From Candidatus Algichlamydia australiensis (GTDB lineage Bacteria > Chlamydiota > Chlamydiia > Chlamydiales > JAJFMI01), in contig JAXCHI010000002.1 of the NCBI GenBank assembly GCA_033977065.1, positions 160,001-224,000 on the forward strand: a stretch of 64,000 bases of DNA, written 5' to 3'. The number at the start of each line of letters is the position of its first letter. The first letter of the stretch is position 1. Shown piece by piece: positions 20,906 to 30,702 of this stretch. The notes under the pieces were generated by a model that did no database searches, had not been told where the DNA came from, and saw only the letters and a list, made by a program, of their open reading frames with translations. The translations under genes and the position numbers were made by a program.

Positions 20906-21760
20906 ATGAAGCGTTACCATCAATTATCGCCTCCTCAAGAGGCGATTTTGGTTAAAAAAGGAACGGAGCGTCCCGGTTCGGGCAAGTTCAATGATTTTTC
21001 TGAGCCTGGCATCTACACCTGCGCGCAATGCGATGCGCCTCTCTATCTCTCTAAAGATAAATTCTCCTCCGGCTGTGGCTGGCCCAGCTTTGATGATGAA
21101 ATTCCAGATGCCGTCAACCGCTATCCCGACCCCGATGGGATGCGCACAGAAATTGTCTGCGCACGCTGCAATGGCCATCTTGGTCATGTCTTTACAGGGG
21201 AAAATCTCACCGATACAAACACACGCCACTGTGTTAATTCTATTTCTCTTTCCTTTGAGCCTGCTTTAACTGAAGAGAGATATGAGCGCGCGCTTTTTGC
21301 TGGCGGCTGTTTTTGGGGAGTGGAGCATCTTTTTGCAAAAGAGAAAGGTGTAATCAAAGCGACCTCAGGCTACTGTGGCGGTCACCTTGTCAACCCCACC
21401 TACAAAGAAGTTTGTGGCGGTGGCACAGAACATGCAGAAGTTGTAGAAGTTCTTTTTGATCCGCAAAAAACCGATTATGAAACTCTTACCAAATTCTTCT
21501 TTGAAATTCACGATCCGACACAAGGCCCGCGCCAAGGTCCCGATATTGGTCGGCAGTATCGCTCTGCCATTTTTTACTTCACTGAAGAGCAGAAACAGAT
21601 CGCGGAAAAACTTGTTGCAAAGCTTAAGGCGAAAGGATTTGAGGTGACAACAGAAATTGTTCCTGCAAGTCATTTTTATAAAGCAGAAGAGCATCACCAA
21701 CACTACTACGAAAAAACAGGAAAAAATCCCTATTGCCACATACGTATATCTAGGTTTTAG
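20906..21760 (+). CDS. msrAB: Fused methionine sulfoxide reductase MsrB-MsrA
   Basis: GCGWPSF, HLGHVF, RHCVNS (MsrB), then [16 protein letters not shown] (MsrA). Confidence 0.95.
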   Translation: MKRYHQLSPPQEAILVKKGTERPGSGKFNDFSEPGIYTCAQCDAPLYLSKDKFSSGCGWPSFDDEIPDAVNRYPDPDGMRTEIVCARCNGHLGHVFTGENLTDTNTRHCVNSISLSFEPALTEERYERALFAGGCFWGVEHLFAKEKGVIKATSGYCGGHLVNPTYKEVCGGGTEHAEVVEVLFDPQKTDYETLTKFFFEIHDPTQGPRQGPDIGRQYRSAIFYFTEEQKQIAEKLVAKLKAKGFEVTTEIVPASHFYKAEEHHQHYYEKTGKNPYCHIRISRF

Positions 21761-22907
21761 TTCCTGCTAGAAAGCTTGTCGTCCAGGCATTCTGAAAGTT
21801 AAAGCCACCTGTAACGCCATCAATATCTAAAATTTCGCCGGCGAAGTGGAGACCAGGGCAGATTTTGCTCTCCATCGTTTTGAAGTTGACCTCGCGGAGG
21901 GGGATGCCGCCGCAGGTCACAAATTCTTCTTTATTCGTTGTTTTGCCCTCGACTTGGTAGGTGTCGGCTTGGAGCTTTTTGGTGAGTTGCCCGATTTCTT
22001 GGTTAGAGAGAGTGGCGATTTTCTTTTCTCCAATGGGGCCAATGAGAGTTTTCCAGAGGGATTTGGGAAGTAGGTTTTCTGAAGAAAGAAGTTTTTTGGG
22101 ATTGGCATTTTTGATTTGTTCTGGAGAGAAGTTGGGAAGCCAGTTGATGGTGAGGGGAGTGCAATACTTTTTTTCTGCGAGGTGGCGTGCGGCAAAGGCG
22201 GAGAGTTTGAGTGCGGCAGGACCGCTAAAGCCAAAGTGGGTAATGAGCAGGGGACCGGTTTGTGTAAAGTGGTCGAGGGTTAATTTTGCAGGAACGGAGA
22301 TACCAGAGAGCTCTTTAAGTGGTGAGTTGGGGACATTAAAGGTGAAGAGGGAGGGAACGGGATCAATGATCGTATGACCGAGAGATTTGGCAAAGTTGTG
22401 GCCTTGGAATGAGCTACCGGTAGCGAGTAAAAGTTTTTTGGTGTGAAGGTTATCAAGCTGAAAGCCATTTTCGGTTTTTGTGATGCTTTGGATGCGCGTG
22501 CGTGTGCGGATTTCAACCCCGAGTGTTTCGGCTTCTTTCAGGAGGCAGTTAATGATGGTTTCGGAAGAGTTTGTTACGGGAAACATGCGGCCATCTTTTT
22601 CAGTTTTCAGTTTGACACCGCGAGAGGAGAACCAGTCGATGGTCTCTTGTGGGCCAAATTTGTGAAAAGGACCAAGAAGCTCTTTAGAGCCGCGTGGATA
22701 ATTTTGAGTGAGTTCGCGTGGATCAAAGCAGGAGTGAGTAACATTGCAGCGCCCCCCGCCAGAGATACGCACTTTTGACAGAAGTTGCGCGGTTTTTTCT
22801 ACGACAAGAACGCGAGCGAATTTTGCTGCATGACAAGCGGCAAAAATCCCGGCGGCACCACCACCTAAGATAATAAGGTCATACTCTTCTTTTTGCGCGA
22901 TAGCCAT
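21750..22907 (-). CDS. HI0933/BaiN-family flavoprotein
   Basis: [35 protein letters not shown]. Confidence 0.93.
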   Translation of the reverse strand: MAIAQKEEYDLIILGGGAAGIFAACHAAKFARVLVVEKTAQLLSKVRISGGGRCNVTHSCFDPRELTQNYPRGSKELLGPFHKFGPQETIDWFSSRGVKLKTEKDGRMFPVTNSSETIINCLLKEAETLGVEIRTRTRIQSITKTENGFQLDNLHTKKLLLATGSSFQGHNFAKSLGHTIIDPVPSLFTFNVPNSPLKELSGISVPAKLTLDHFTQTGPLLITHFGFSGPAALKLSAFAARHLAEKKYCTPLTINWLPNFSPEQIKNANPKKLLSSENLLPKSLWKTLIGPIGEKKIATLSNQEIGQLTKKLQADTYQVEGKTTNKEEFVTCGGIPLREVNFKTMESKICPGLHFAGEILDIDGVTGGFNFQNAWTTSFLAGTKT

Positions 22908-24258
22908 AGAATAAAAGGACAGGGAGTAGGAGCGAGATAAGCCCTATTCCAATCATGGTAGAGTAGGTTTTAATGGATTCTATATGAATTTCTTCAGGCG
23001 GGAAGAAGCCGACAAAGATGGTGAGGGCGCAGGCGAAAAGGCCAAGCAGACAGGTGGTCCAGATGCCAAGATTATTCCCAGGAATTTTAAATACTGCAGG
23101 GCGATCGTGGTGCTTGTAGTGAAGAATGAGACCAGAGAGAAACATGAGGATGTACATCAACATGTAGAGGCAGGTGCTAAGTGCAGTTAAAAACCAGTAG
23201 AAACTATTGACGCTAGGAACAAGGAGGAAGAGTAGGCAGAAAAGACTTACAAATACTCCCTGCGCAATCATAATGCGAGAGGGAACACCATAACGATTTT
23301 TTTTAGAAAAGAAAGGGGGCATAAAGCCAAATTCAGAGGCGTGAAGCAGGCCTTTGGCGGGGGAAATCAGCCAATTAATAATGCTGCCAACGGTGCCGAT
23401 GACGACAAGGAAAGTGAGCGGCATGAGGCACCACTCCATGTGAAAGACGGAGAAAAAGTTGGCAAAGACTTGCATCACACCTGATACAAGGTTGATTTCG
23501 GAATCGGGAAGGACAAAAGCGATGGCAAGAGAGCCCAAAATCATGGTTGTCAAGATAAAGGCACAGGAGATGAAAATCGCTTTGGGAAAGTTGCGCTGTG
23601 GGCTATCAATCTCTTTAATATGCACGCCAGAGAGTTCCATTCCGAGGTAGGAGGCCATAATGGCAATCAGCGAGACCCAGCTTGTAGAAGACTTAAATGA
23701 GGGCAAAATGCTCCCAAAGGTAATCGAAATTTGAAGAGGTTCTCCAGAAACGGCCCAAAAAATTCCTAAGAATATGAGGGCAAACATCGGAAAGACAGTT
23801 CCAATAAGGACGCAGATACTATTGATTTTTGCAGAGATACGTAGGCCGAAGAGATTGACAAAGGTGAGACCCCAAAACACGGAGAGGACAACAGCTGCGA
23901 TATAACCTTTATGTTCGGCAAGTGCGGGATTAACGAGGTAGGCGAGGGTTCCCGCAATGAAAGAGAGAATTGTCGGATACCAGACCATGGTATTGATCCA
24001 TTGGAGCCAGATAGCAAGCATCCCAGTCTTTTCGCCAAAGGCCATCTGCACCCAGTGGTAGACCCCGCCTTTTTCGGGAAAAGTTGCGGAGAGTTCAGCT
24101 GCAATTAGAGAGGTAGGAATTAAAAATATTAATGCCGCAAAAATAAAAAAGAAAATTAACTCACTGCCAAAAAGAGCAGCAGCAGGAAGATTGCGAATGC
24201 TATCAATAGCAGCAATGACTAAAAGGACAAGGGAAAATAGAGAAATTTTCTTACTCAT
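22879..24258 (-). CDS. APC-family amino acid permease (GadC/XasA-like)
   Basis: DSIRNLP, AELSATFPEKGGVYHWV, about 12 TM helices. Confidence 0.92.
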   Translation of the reverse strand: MSKKISLFSLVLLVIAAIDSIRNLPAAALFGSELIFFFIFAALIFLIPTSLIAAELSATFPEKGGVYHWVQMAFGEKTGMLAIWLQWINTMVWYPTILSFIAGTLAYLVNPALAEHKGYIAAVVLSVFWGLTFVNLFGLRISAKINSICVLIGTVFPMFALIFLGIFWAVSGEPLQISITFGSILPSFKSSTSWVSLIAIMASYLGMELSGVHIKEIDSPQRNFPKAIFISCAFILTTMILGSLAIAFVLPDSEINLVSGVMQVFANFFSVFHMEWCLMPLTFLVVIGTVGSIINWLISPAKGLLHASEFGFMPPFFSKKNRYGVPSRIMIAQGVFVSLFCLLFLLVPSVNSFYWFLTALSTCLYMLMYILMFLSGLILHYKHHDRPAVFKIPGNNLGIWTTCLLGLFACALTIFVGFFPPEEIHIESIKTYSTMIGIGLISLLLPVLLFYGYRAKRRV

Positions 24259-24283
24259 CCTTCGAGTATAATGGGTTTAAGAA

Positions 24284-24670
24284 TTATCTGCGACCGCGGC
24301 GCCCTCTGTGCTCTCCTCTTCTTTCACGCTCTCTTCGGTAATATCTACGGCTGCGGCGACGGTGATAGTGTCTTCCTCCGTAGTAACGTCTGTCATAGTA
24401 GTGGTAGTGCCACCGTCTATAGCCATAATGGTAGTAGCGATGGTAGTAAAGATTTCTTCTCCGCCATGCGTAGAAGTCGGGCCTTGTAGAAAAATAAACC
24501 CCGTAATAGACGCCAGGTCCAACCCAGATTACTTCTGAATCGTCATAGCCATCTGGGTCATCGTAGTCATCATACCCACCAGAATGGTACTCTACATAGC
24601 CGCCTTGCGCAGAGAGTTTTCCTCCTAAAACAATCATGCAAACAAAAACTAAGAAGTGGTATCTATTCAC
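24284..24670 (-). CDS. Exported Tyr/His/Arg-rich protein, paralog 1
   Basis: Signal peptide, WVGPGVYYGVYF...WRR motif, Arg/Gly tail. Confidence 0.8.
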   Translation of the reverse strand: MNRYHFLVFVCMIVLGGKLSAQGGYVEYHSGGYDDYDDPDGYDDSEVIWVGPGVYYGVYFSTRPDFYAWRRRNLYYHRYYHYGYRRWHYHYYDRRYYGGRHYHRRRSRRYYRRERERRGEHRGRRGRR

Positions 24671-24676
24671 TCGCTT

Positions 24677-25114
24677 TTACCTGCGCCCGCCGCCTCTACG
24701 GCCTCCGCCGCGACGTCCACCACCTCCGCCATGGTAATGGTAGTGTTGGTGCACATCTGTTTTGTGGCCTCCAGCTGGTTCAGCGCGACGCTCTCCAGCT
24801 CTATTATCGCGCTCGCGGTTGCGATCTCGATTTCGATCATAGTCACGATCTCGGTCCCAATCTCGGTCATAGTGGTAGTGGTAATGGTAGAAGAGGTGGT
24901 TGCGTCTCCAACCGATAAAGGCTGCTTCGGTTGCAAACCAGAGACCGTAATAGTAGCCCGGACCGACCCAAACGACATTATCTGATTGATCAGAGTCGTT
25001 TTGACTATCTGACTTGTCATTACTACTATCTTGATTATTTTGATCGTTTTGAGCGCACATGGTGCAACAGACCATTGTTATGGAAGCAAGAAAAAAAGAA
25101 AGATATTTATTCAT
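24677..25114 (-). CDS. Exported Tyr/His/Arg-rich protein, paralog 2
   Basis: Signal peptide, WVGPGYYYGLWF...WRR motif, RD repeats, GGGRR tail. Confidence 0.8.
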   Translation of the reverse strand: MNKYLSFFLASITMVCCTMCAQNDQNNQDSSNDKSDSQNDSDQSDNVVWVGPGYYYGLWFATEAAFIGWRRNHLFYHYHYHYDRDWDRDRDYDRNRDRNRERDNRAGERRAEPAGGHKTDVHQHYHYHGGGGGRRGGGRRGGGRR

Positions 25115-25169
25115 TTTAAAGAAAATTAAGCTTTTCTTTTTAATAACAAATAAAAATTATTTGGTAAAA

Positions 25170-26396
25170 TTACTTTCTTCTTTTTCTTTTTGCGGGTTTT
25201 CTTTTATTTTGAAAACGGGGACGAGGCTTTGGACGAGATGAAGTTGAAGGTTTTTTTCTAGATGGCTCAAATCCCACTCTTTCAACGACATCCATCTTGT
25301 GCCCTGTGAATTCTTGAATTTTTTTCACTAAGTGCGCATCCCGATGGGAAGCAAACGAGAGAGCTGTACCTTTTGCACCCGCTCGACCTGTTCTTCCAAT
25401 CCGATGAACGTAATCTTCGATGTTACGCGGAAGATCAAAGTTGATCACGTGGGTGATCGATTGTACATCGATACCGCGCGCTGCAACATCAGTTGCAACT
25501 AAAATTTTAATCTTTCCATTGCGCAGCTGAGAGATCGTGCGTGTGCGCTGTCTTTGGCTCATATCGCCATGGAGTGCCGCTGTAGAAAACCCTTTGTCAT
25601 AAAGCTCCTCAACTAACTGATCGGCATGCCGTTTAGTAGAAGTAAAGACGATCGCGTTATCAATAGGATCTTCATTTAGGATATGGTCGAGCAGACGGTT
25701 TTTATGCCCAATGTTATCGACATAGTGAAGATTTTGTTGGATGTTCTCGTGCTTTGCTTTTTTAGCGTGGACAACAACATCTACAGGATTCCGCATCAGC
25801 TCGTTAGAAAATTTCATAACACTACCTTCAAGGGTGGCGGAAAAGAGGAGTGTTTGACGCGATTTTGGAGTTGCCGAAGCGATTTGATTGACGGGTTCAA
25901 CAAAACCCATATCGAGCATGCGATCCGCTTCATCAAGAATAAGCATCTCAACTTTTGAAAGGTTAACCTTGCGCTGCGTGATGAGATCGATCAAGCGTCC
26001 TGGGGTGGCAATCAGCAAATCACATGGCCGTGCGAGCTTTCGCAGCTGTTTGTGATAGGGAACACCGCCATAAATACAAGCAACTTTCATCTTCTGCAAA
26101 TATTTGCCGTACTTTTCAACCTGAGTAGAGATTTGAATTGCTAACTCGCGAGTTGGAGCCAAAATCAGTACACGAGGAGCCTTGCTTGGTTTTTCTCGAG
26201 GAGTGAGAATTTTGTTAATAGCAGGGAGAAGAAACGCAGCAGTCTTACCAGTCCCTGTTTGGGCAGAAGCGCGAAGGTCGAGACCTTCAGAGACTTTCGT
26301 TATAGTTTTAAATTGAACTTCAGTAGGTTCCAAATACCCGGCCTCTTCAAGAGCTTTTAGAAGTTTGGGGTGTAGATTAAATTTTTCAAAAGACAC
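25170..26396 (-). CDS. DEAD-box RNA helicase (RhlE-like)
   Basis: AQTGTGKT, PTRELA, DEADRM, SAT, HRIGRTGRAG. Confidence 0.96.
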   Translation of the reverse strand: MSFEKFNLHPKLLKALEEAGYLEPTEVQFKTITKVSEGLDLRASAQTGTGKTAAFLLPAINKILTPREKPSKAPRVLILAPTRELAIQISTQVEKYGKYLQKMKVACIYGGVPYHKQLRKLARPCDLLIATPGRLIDLITQRKVNLSKVEMLILDEADRMLDMGFVEPVNQIASATPKSRQTLLFSATLEGSVMKFSNELMRNPVDVVVHAKKAKHENIQQNLHYVDNIGHKNRLLDHILNEDPIDNAIVFTSTKRHADQLVEELYDKGFSTAALHGDMSQRQRTRTISQLRNGKIKILVATDVAARGIDVQSITHVINFDLPRNIEDYVHRIGRTGRAGAKGTALSFASHRDAHLVKKIQEFTGHKMDVVERVGFEPSRKKPSTSSRPKPRPRFQNKRKPAKRKRRK

Positions 26397-26502
26397 GAGA
26401 TATTCCTTGGTGATTTTTTGGATCTATCTGAATAGGCTTGTTGTGCTATTTTCTACCAATTTTGCGATATTTTCCCGAATAACTTTAATCAAGTTAGTCT
26501 TG

Positions 26503-26667
26503 AAAACTTAAGTTGCTGCCCCCCTTTCCCCTCTGAAGAGATCCTTTTTGCGACCTGTTTCGTTTCAAATTTCAGAAATGTTTAACAAACATTCCTTCAA
26601 TTTGAAACGAAACATCTCATCAAAAATCCCTCTCTCTATAGAAGAAACTGGGTAGTAACTTAAGTTT
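26503..26667. mobile_element. Fold-back element, family E copy 2 (~165 bp)
   Basis: AAAACTTAAGTTGCTGCCC...GGGTAGTAACTTAAGTTTT; colinear with 17482-17645. Confidence 0.85.
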
Positions 26668-26766
26668 TTGAAAAGATCCTAAACTCTTTGAAAACCTTTA
26701 AAACAGCTTTATTAGGACTGACCCTTAATATATCTTAACAGATAGTGTGTAATAAAAAGAAACTTT

Positions 26767-27510
26767 TTATTCAGAATATCTAAAAAGATATTGATCGAAG
26801 AGATCTGGATAATGCTCTTTGACCTTTTTATTCATCTGATAAGCGACCTCTTTCGAGCGGCTTTTCATATGATAATCAGTTGACTTTCCCCTTGAATGGG
26901 CGCGGCCAGGATAAAGTTTAAAAATATTTCTTGATTCTTCTTTCGCCCTAAGAATTAATGCTGGCAAATCTTTAACATTTAATCCCAATTCATTGTGGAG
27001 TTTTTGAAGCTCGGGGAGGGGGTCAAAAAGAAAGTCTTCATAGTAAAGAATAAGTTTGTCACCTTCCCACTCATCAAAAAAATGGATGTTTTCAAAATAA
27101 GAGTTCATGTTTTTAGGAAATTTTGAAAATTCTTGGGATATAGAACCTTTCAACATCCCGTTTATAATTTCATGGAAAAAACACTCTTTGTAGTCCCTAA
27201 GTAGCAAAAGGAGAAAACTTTTCTCATCTTTTGGAACTTTTTGAGAAAAATGTGTTCGATAATATTTTGGTGCTCTTGGGTTGTTTGTTAAGTGAAAGAG
27301 GTGATTGAATTTATCGTAGGCCAGAACCTTGTCCTTACGAATAATCGTTACGTCTGTATTCAGAAGTCTTGCAACATAAAGATTCATCAGATGCGATCCT
27401 GAACCGCTATAACAGAGCTGATAAAGAGCGTTATAAGGTTGCTCCTGTGAATAGGCTTTTGCTCCTACAAAAAGAATCGAAACCAGGAGTATGATAAATT
27501 TGTTTTTCAT
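26767..27510 (-). CDS. Sulfotransferase-fold protein with signal peptide
   Basis: YSGSGSH (5'-PSB-like), LLRDYKE (3'-PB-like), YYEDF. Confidence 0.6.
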   Translation of the reverse strand: MKNKFIILLVSILFVGAKAYSQEQPYNALYQLCYSGSGSHLMNLYVARLLNTDVTIIRKDKVLAYDKFNHLFHLTNNPRAPKYYRTHFSQKVPKDEKSFLLLLLRDYKECFFHEIINGMLKGSISQEFSKFPKNMNSYFENIHFFDEWEGDKLILYYEDFLFDPLPELQKLHNELGLNVKDLPALILRAKEESRNIFKLYPGRAHSRGKSTDYHMKSRSKEVAYQMNKKVKEHYPDLFDQYLFRYSE

Positions 27511-27587
27511 TGTGCCAAGTATTGCAATCACATTTAGATCTTGTCAAGAAACAAAAAAGCACGTAGAAATAACGTTTTGAGGTAGTT

Positions 27588-28712
27588 ATGAAAAGATTTA
27601 TTTGTGCTCTTGGATTTTTGCCAGCACTCTTTGCGTCAGAAATTTATGATTTAAAGTCCCATGGACATCCACAATATCAGGACATATTTTTAAACGGAGA
27701 GGTAGTGAGTAAAGCAAGCGGTTATGAGCGATTTGAAGAGAAGAGGTTTGCAGTTCTTGACTCTATTCTCTCTCGCTATACAAGACCCTTTACAATGCTT
27801 GATGTTGGGGCCTCTCAGGGCTATTTTACATTTCGGGCTGCTGACAAGTACCCTGAGGGGATATTTGTAATGCTAGAGGGATCAAATTATCACTATCCTA
27901 AAATTTCGCAGCAGCTTAGGAGCATTTGCAGAGCAAATACAAATTCAAAAAATGTCATCTGGCTTGACCGCTCAATTTATGCAAAAGATTTTGCTCGAAT
28001 GGCAACCTGTGAACATTTCGATGTCATTTTAGCGCAAAATATTTTGCATTGGTTCAAAGACGATTGGGAGATACTGCTAAATAGCTTTTTACAGATGTCT
28101 CATGTAACAATTATTGAGCTGCCTCCGAATGATTGCAAAAAAGGGTCAAAACAATATTTATTACGAAACGAGCTTCACGCCCATCTATCTGAGACAGCAA
28201 CTCAGGTTTTAGAGGGTGTACCTCGCCATACAAACCCTCGCCTTAAAACGACCTATTACATCTTTATAAACGAGAAAGGTGAGACGAATTTACAGCGCAA
28301 CTCAATGGTTCATGGCGACTACAAGGATCGAGACCATCTCATTACATTCGATTTTGAAGCGAAAAAGTTTATTAAACGGGATCACAAGCCTCCTTTTATG
28401 GAGGAGTGTATTGAGTGGGAACCAGGTATCAATTTGCTAACCTACCTCTGCTTAAACGGACAATACCCGCAAAGAGATGTGATTGCAAATCTCTTGCCAA
28501 TTAATCGGAATCATAAAGATTGGATGCCAAACAATATGATTTTGCAAGGGCATAAATTAACCCTTATTGATTTTGATGATTGGAAAAATGAAAGAGGGGG
28601 ATTTGGACAAAATTGCTGTTCAAAAGCGCGAATAGAAAAACTAAAAAGATTAATTCGTCATGGAGATGAGCAGAAAGTAAAAGAATTTTTATGGGGAAAA
28701 AAGAAGAAGTAA
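27588..28712 (+). CDS. Class I SAM-dependent methyltransferase-like protein with signal peptide
   Basis: MLDVGASQGYF motif I, FDVILAQNILHW; kinase-like HKDWMPNN...LIDFD tail. Confidence 0.72.
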   Translation: MKRFICALGFLPALFASEIYDLKSHGHPQYQDIFLNGEVVSKASGYERFEEKRFAVLDSILSRYTRPFTMLDVGASQGYFTFRAADKYPEGIFVMLEGSNYHYPKISQQLRSICRANTNSKNVIWLDRSIYAKDFARMATCEHFDVILAQNILHWFKDDWEILLNSFLQMSHVTIIELPPNDCKKGSKQYLLRNELHAHLSETATQVLEGVPRHTNPRLKTTYYIFINEKGETNLQRNSMVHGDYKDRDHLITFDFEAKKFIKRDHKPPFMEECIEWEPGINLLTYLCLNGQYPQRDVIANLLPINRNHKDWMPNNMILQGHKLTLIDFDDWKNERGGFGQNCCSKARIEKLKRLIRHGDEQKVKEFLWGKKKK

Positions 28713-28717
28713 AAAAA

Positions 28718-29125
28718 ATGCTTTTATGCCCTTGCGGAAGTAAAAAAAATTATGCCTACTGTTGTAGGCCCTATCATGACGGAAAACTTCCAGAGAGTGC
28801 GCTTCTTCTAATGAAATCGCGTTACTCTGCGTATGCAAGAAATCTTCCTGAATATATTATTTCTACAACACATCCGGAAAATCCTCATCGAAATCCAAAC
28901 CAGGATAATTGGAAGAGGTCTATTGTAGCCTTTTCAGAAGGTACAGAGTTTGAGAGATTAGAGGTTTTAGATTTCCAAGAGAGAGGGAACAAGGCAACGG
29001 TTACATTTACCGCCTATCTATTACAGGATGGTAAAAACGCCTCGTTCACTGAAAAGAGTTTTTTTGAAAAAATAGGAGAGCGTTGGCTCTATCAATCAGG
29101 AGAAGTGCAATTAGGGAACACTTGA
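28718..29125 (+). CDS. ychJ: YchJ/SEC-C motif protein
   Basis: CPCGSKKNYAYCC, LMKSRYSAY, EKSFFEK...WLY. Confidence 0.9.
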   Translation: MLLCPCGSKKNYAYCCRPYHDGKLPESALLLMKSRYSAYARNLPEYIISTTHPENPHRNPNQDNWKRSIVAFSEGTEFERLEVLDFQERGNKATVTFTAYLLQDGKNASFTEKSFFEKIGERWLYQSGEVQLGNT

Positions 29126-29240
29126 GTGAAAACACTCATTTCCCTATAATAGATTTGTCAATGCAGTGGTATCGAGAATTTCTGGGGTTAGTCTCCCTTT
29201 TCTCAAAAGCGGCATATGAGAAATTAAAAGGAGAGACAAA

Positions 29241-29507
29241 ATGTCTAACAAGAAACTTTATGTGGGAAATATCCCTTATTCATTTGATGATGCAAAATTA
29301 GAAGAGGTGTTTAAAGCTTTTGGCGAAGTTGCATCAGCCCAAATCATTAAAGACAGAGATACGGGCCGTTCAAAAGGCTTTGGCTTTGTTGAAATGAGCG
29401 ATGAAGAGCAGGCAAAAGCTGCAATCAAAGGGTTGAACGGAACTGAATTCGATGGTCGTGCTCTGACAGTGAATGAAGCGCGTCCTAAGGTCGATCGCAA
29501 TAGATAG
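29241..29507 (+). CDS. RRM RNA-binding protein
   Basis: LYVGNI (RNP2), KGFGFVEM (RNP1). Confidence 0.96.
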   Translation: MSNKKLYVGNIPYSFDDAKLEEVFKAFGEVASAQIIKDRDTGRSKGFGFVEMSDEEQAKAAIKGLNGTEFDGRALTVNEARPKVDRNR

Positions 29508-29514
29508 GAATTTA

Positions 29515-29769
29515 TTAATTCCTCTTAACCCCAATTGTAATGTGAAATTCATATTTTTTTTGGGGAAGACCATACTTTTTTCTGATCGCATCTAATTCAG
29601 GTGCCTCAATTACAAGAAAATAGACCTCATCAACTCCTTCGAGTTTTTGAGGTTTAACGCTCCCATACCCTTTTAATTGGAATGGGATGCTCATTCCCAG
29701 CTCTTCAAATTCAATTTTTTTGTACTCATTAGGAAAAATCAGACTGACGTCGACTTCAAATCGTTTCAA
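29515..29769 (-). pseudogene. C-terminal fragment of a 2H phosphoesterase-like protein
   Basis: Only one HxT motif (EFHITIG); abuts the LysR stop. Confidence 0.55.
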
Positions 29770-30608
29770 TGTTTAAGTTTCTGTATTACAAATTTTTCCA
29801 ACGTATTAATTGCTGAATTATTTGCTTGGTGTTTGAGTAAAGATACATGTGTATCTTCGAGCCCAGGGAGAAAAGAAAAATCCAGAATTGGTAGGTCATC
29901 GGGGATCATAATATGCGGCATAACCGTAATCCCCATTCCCGCTTTAACTGCAGCTACGGTGCTAGAGTAGCTTGGGCTAGTAAAAACTAGGCGCCATGCT
30001 CGATTCAATTCAGCAAGAGCTTTTAATCCTGCTGCTCGATAAACACAAGGATCCGGTGCAAGTACAAGAGGCACCGGTTTATTTGGATCTAAAAGGTTTG
30101 GATCTCCTACCCACCTCAATGGTTCAGACCAAATTTCAAGGCCATTAGGAAAATCTTCCGGTCGGTTCATTTTTACTAAGACAAGGTCGAATTCATTTTT
30201 TTTGAAGTGGCTGAAAAGATTGATGGTCAGGTCACACTCGACATTCAATAAAATTCTTGGATGTATCCTCGAAAAATCAGCCAAAACGTCTGACAAGAAC
30301 AAACTTGCAAAGTCTTCTGGCAGACCAAAACGGACTTCCCCTTCAAGATCGGGCTCATTAAAACGATCCATGACTTCACTATGAAGAGCAAAAATTTTTC
30401 TTGCATAACCAAGGAACACCTGCCCAGCTGGGGTAAGAGTGAGTGTTTTTTGACGCACAATTAGCTGTTGATTAAGTGTTTTTTCAAGCTTTACAACTTG
30501 TTGACTAACAGCCGATTGAGTGCGATTTACGCGTTTTGCAGCTTTGGTAAAGCTGCCCGTTTCTGCAATGGCTATAAAAGTTTGTAGGATAAAGGTATCT
30601 ATTGACAT
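29766..30608 (-). CDS. LysR-family regulator, divergent from dabBA
   Basis: GSFTKAAKRVNRTQSAVSQQV HTH plus substrate-binding domain. Confidence 0.95.
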   Translation of the reverse strand: MSIDTFILQTFIAIAETGSFTKAAKRVNRTQSAVSQQVVKLEKTLNQQLIVRQKTLTLTPAGQVFLGYARKIFALHSEVMDRFNEPDLEGEVRFGLPEDFASLFLSDVLADFSRIHPRILLNVECDLTINLFSHFKKNEFDLVLVKMNRPEDFPNGLEIWSEPLRWVGDPNLLDPNKPVPLVLAPDPCVYRAAGLKALAELNRAWRLVFTSPSYSSTVAAVKAGMGITVMPHIMIPDDLPILDFSFLPGLEDTHVSLLKHQANNSAINTLEKFVIQKLKH

Positions 30609-30642
30609 AAGAATTTCTAATCCAAGCTATAAGTTATTCTAT
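30607..30642. promoter_or_regulatory. Putative LysR binding sites (T-N11-A)
   Basis: ataagaatttctaat and ataagttattctat next to the LysR start. Confidence 0.45.
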
Positions 30643-30702
30643 CTTTACTAATAACACACCTCCGAATATCATAGAATCAAGAAAAATATTCGTGTAAGTA
30701 TA

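Noticed and set aside
24271..25020. Alternative-frame Thr/Val-rich ORFs over the Tyr/His/Arg-rich genes
   Set aside because: By-products of low-complexity sequence; only the chosen frames have signal peptides and the shared motif.
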